Below, one piece after another: positions 62,737-64,000 of a stretch of DNA of 64,000 nt; positions within the stretch are counted from its first letter, which is position 1, and each line of letters opens with the position of its first letter. The notes under the pieces were generated by a model. That model had not been told where the DNA came from. It was given only the letters and a program-made list of their open reading frames with translations, and ran no database searches. The position numbers were made by a program, and so were the translations under genes. This DNA is from Carcharhinus amblyrhynchos (taxonomy: Eukaryota): contig OZ336880.1 in assembly GCA_965287045.1 (NCBI GenBank), positions 52,948,001 to 53,012,000 of the forward strand, read 5' to 3'.

Positions 62737-64000
62737 TTGTGAGCAGAATGCAGCAACTCTCATATTCCATATTCTTCAGCTCAGCACACCTGGAACTTTT
62801 GGAGGGAATAGGGAGGGCAACTGTTGTTTATTTATCTGCATCAGTCATCTGAAAAGAACCATCTGTCCACGTCCAAAAGTAGAACAACTTTAATACAACT
62901 ACTCCTCACACAGAAGACGTAAGTGATATCTCTACGAAGGTGTGATTGTACCGCACAGAACATAAACAAAACAAGTATTTTTGTTTTCATGTAAAGAGGA
63001 AAATTAAAGACAAATGTACGTTTCTTTCAAATGTGGACATAGTTAGCTGTTGGAAAAGTAAAATGTCTTTACTGCCCAGTAAAAAGTTTAGTGCATTTTT
63101 TGTGAATTACTGTGGTTAACCTATAATGAAGTACTCAGATCTTTAAATTACATTTCATCGCACTGATTGTAACAATTAGTTATAGTTCCAGATGTAATTT
63201 ATGGGTAATTGAACTACAAGCACGTTTCATGGTTACAAGCTGCTTGCAATATTAAGAACTGTTAAAATAGGTTTCTCTTCATCTGTGGTAGGAAGGAAGC
63301 TTAGTAAGTGTAATCGTTTGGGATATGGATTTTTGCTTGATTTTGTTTGACAGTTACCCATAGGTCACATTGTATTATAGATTGGTTCATGGGATTAGAC
63401 ACAATGGTTTTGTAACTCTTAAATGAGAAAAGCTGCTGCCAGACAAAAAAGGCCATTGCACTGTGTAAGTATCAACACGAAAATAAAACAACAATTATCC
63501 ACAGTTTGATTGTAAATTTAATGCATTTTACTTTTGACATACAAATTTAAATTTGGAAGAATACAAAATTGGCAGCAGAAAATTGTTAATGGCGAGTATT
63601 GGTCAAACCTTGACACTCGGATTCTACAGATGTTTTGAAAGAAAAAGTGTGCAAATGACGTGCATCTTTTGTCCTTGTGGAAACCTTTTCATGTTGGTTT
63701 CAAAGGTATTTTAATGGGGTTGGCGTACACACACAGCTTGCTGTAGCCTGAGATGACATAGCACACGTGTTTGGCAGTAATTTGTACTGGTGAACCCATG
63801 AACTGCTTTGGAGAAAAAATATGTAAGATAGATTCCAAGCAGATCGAATTCAAATCAGATCAACAGATAAAACTGAATTTGATGTCCAAGTGTAAGTGGC
63901 GTGTGAGTGCGACAAGAGTCACTTCTGTACCAGATGCATTTTACATGGTTTGAAATGTTCCACCATCTGTGGAAAATCCAGTGTTTCTTAATCTTCCTTC

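Overview
This is non-coding vertebrate DNA, very probably from a shark (cartilaginous fish), judged by its repeats: HE1/V-SINE, DeuSINE (SacSINE1-like), a tRNA-SINE sharing its tail with a CR1/L2 LINE, and CR1 LINEs with (CATAGAA)n tails. I found no host protein-coding exon; every recognisable ORF is transposon-derived. The window holds many 5'-truncated CR1/L2 LINEs (one young copy has a ~600-codon open RT frame) and two decayed PIF/Harbinger elements with transposase plus Myb/SANT partner, one hit by a solo LTR with a 4-bp TSD. It also holds a decayed Gypsy provirus, Harbinger-type MITEs, Penelope-derived inverted repeats with hammerhead-ribozyme-like cores, a 34-bp minisatellite and a 212-N gap. 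The unique sequence between repeats is rich in homeodomain/TALE/POU motifs. LINEs are strongly minus-oriented, and there is a polypyrimidine-CAG|GTAAGT site on +. Together these suggest, but do not prove, a very long intron of a +-strand gene or an enhancer-rich gene desert. Boundaries of old repeats are approximate, and family names come from recall of consensus sequences, not database searches.
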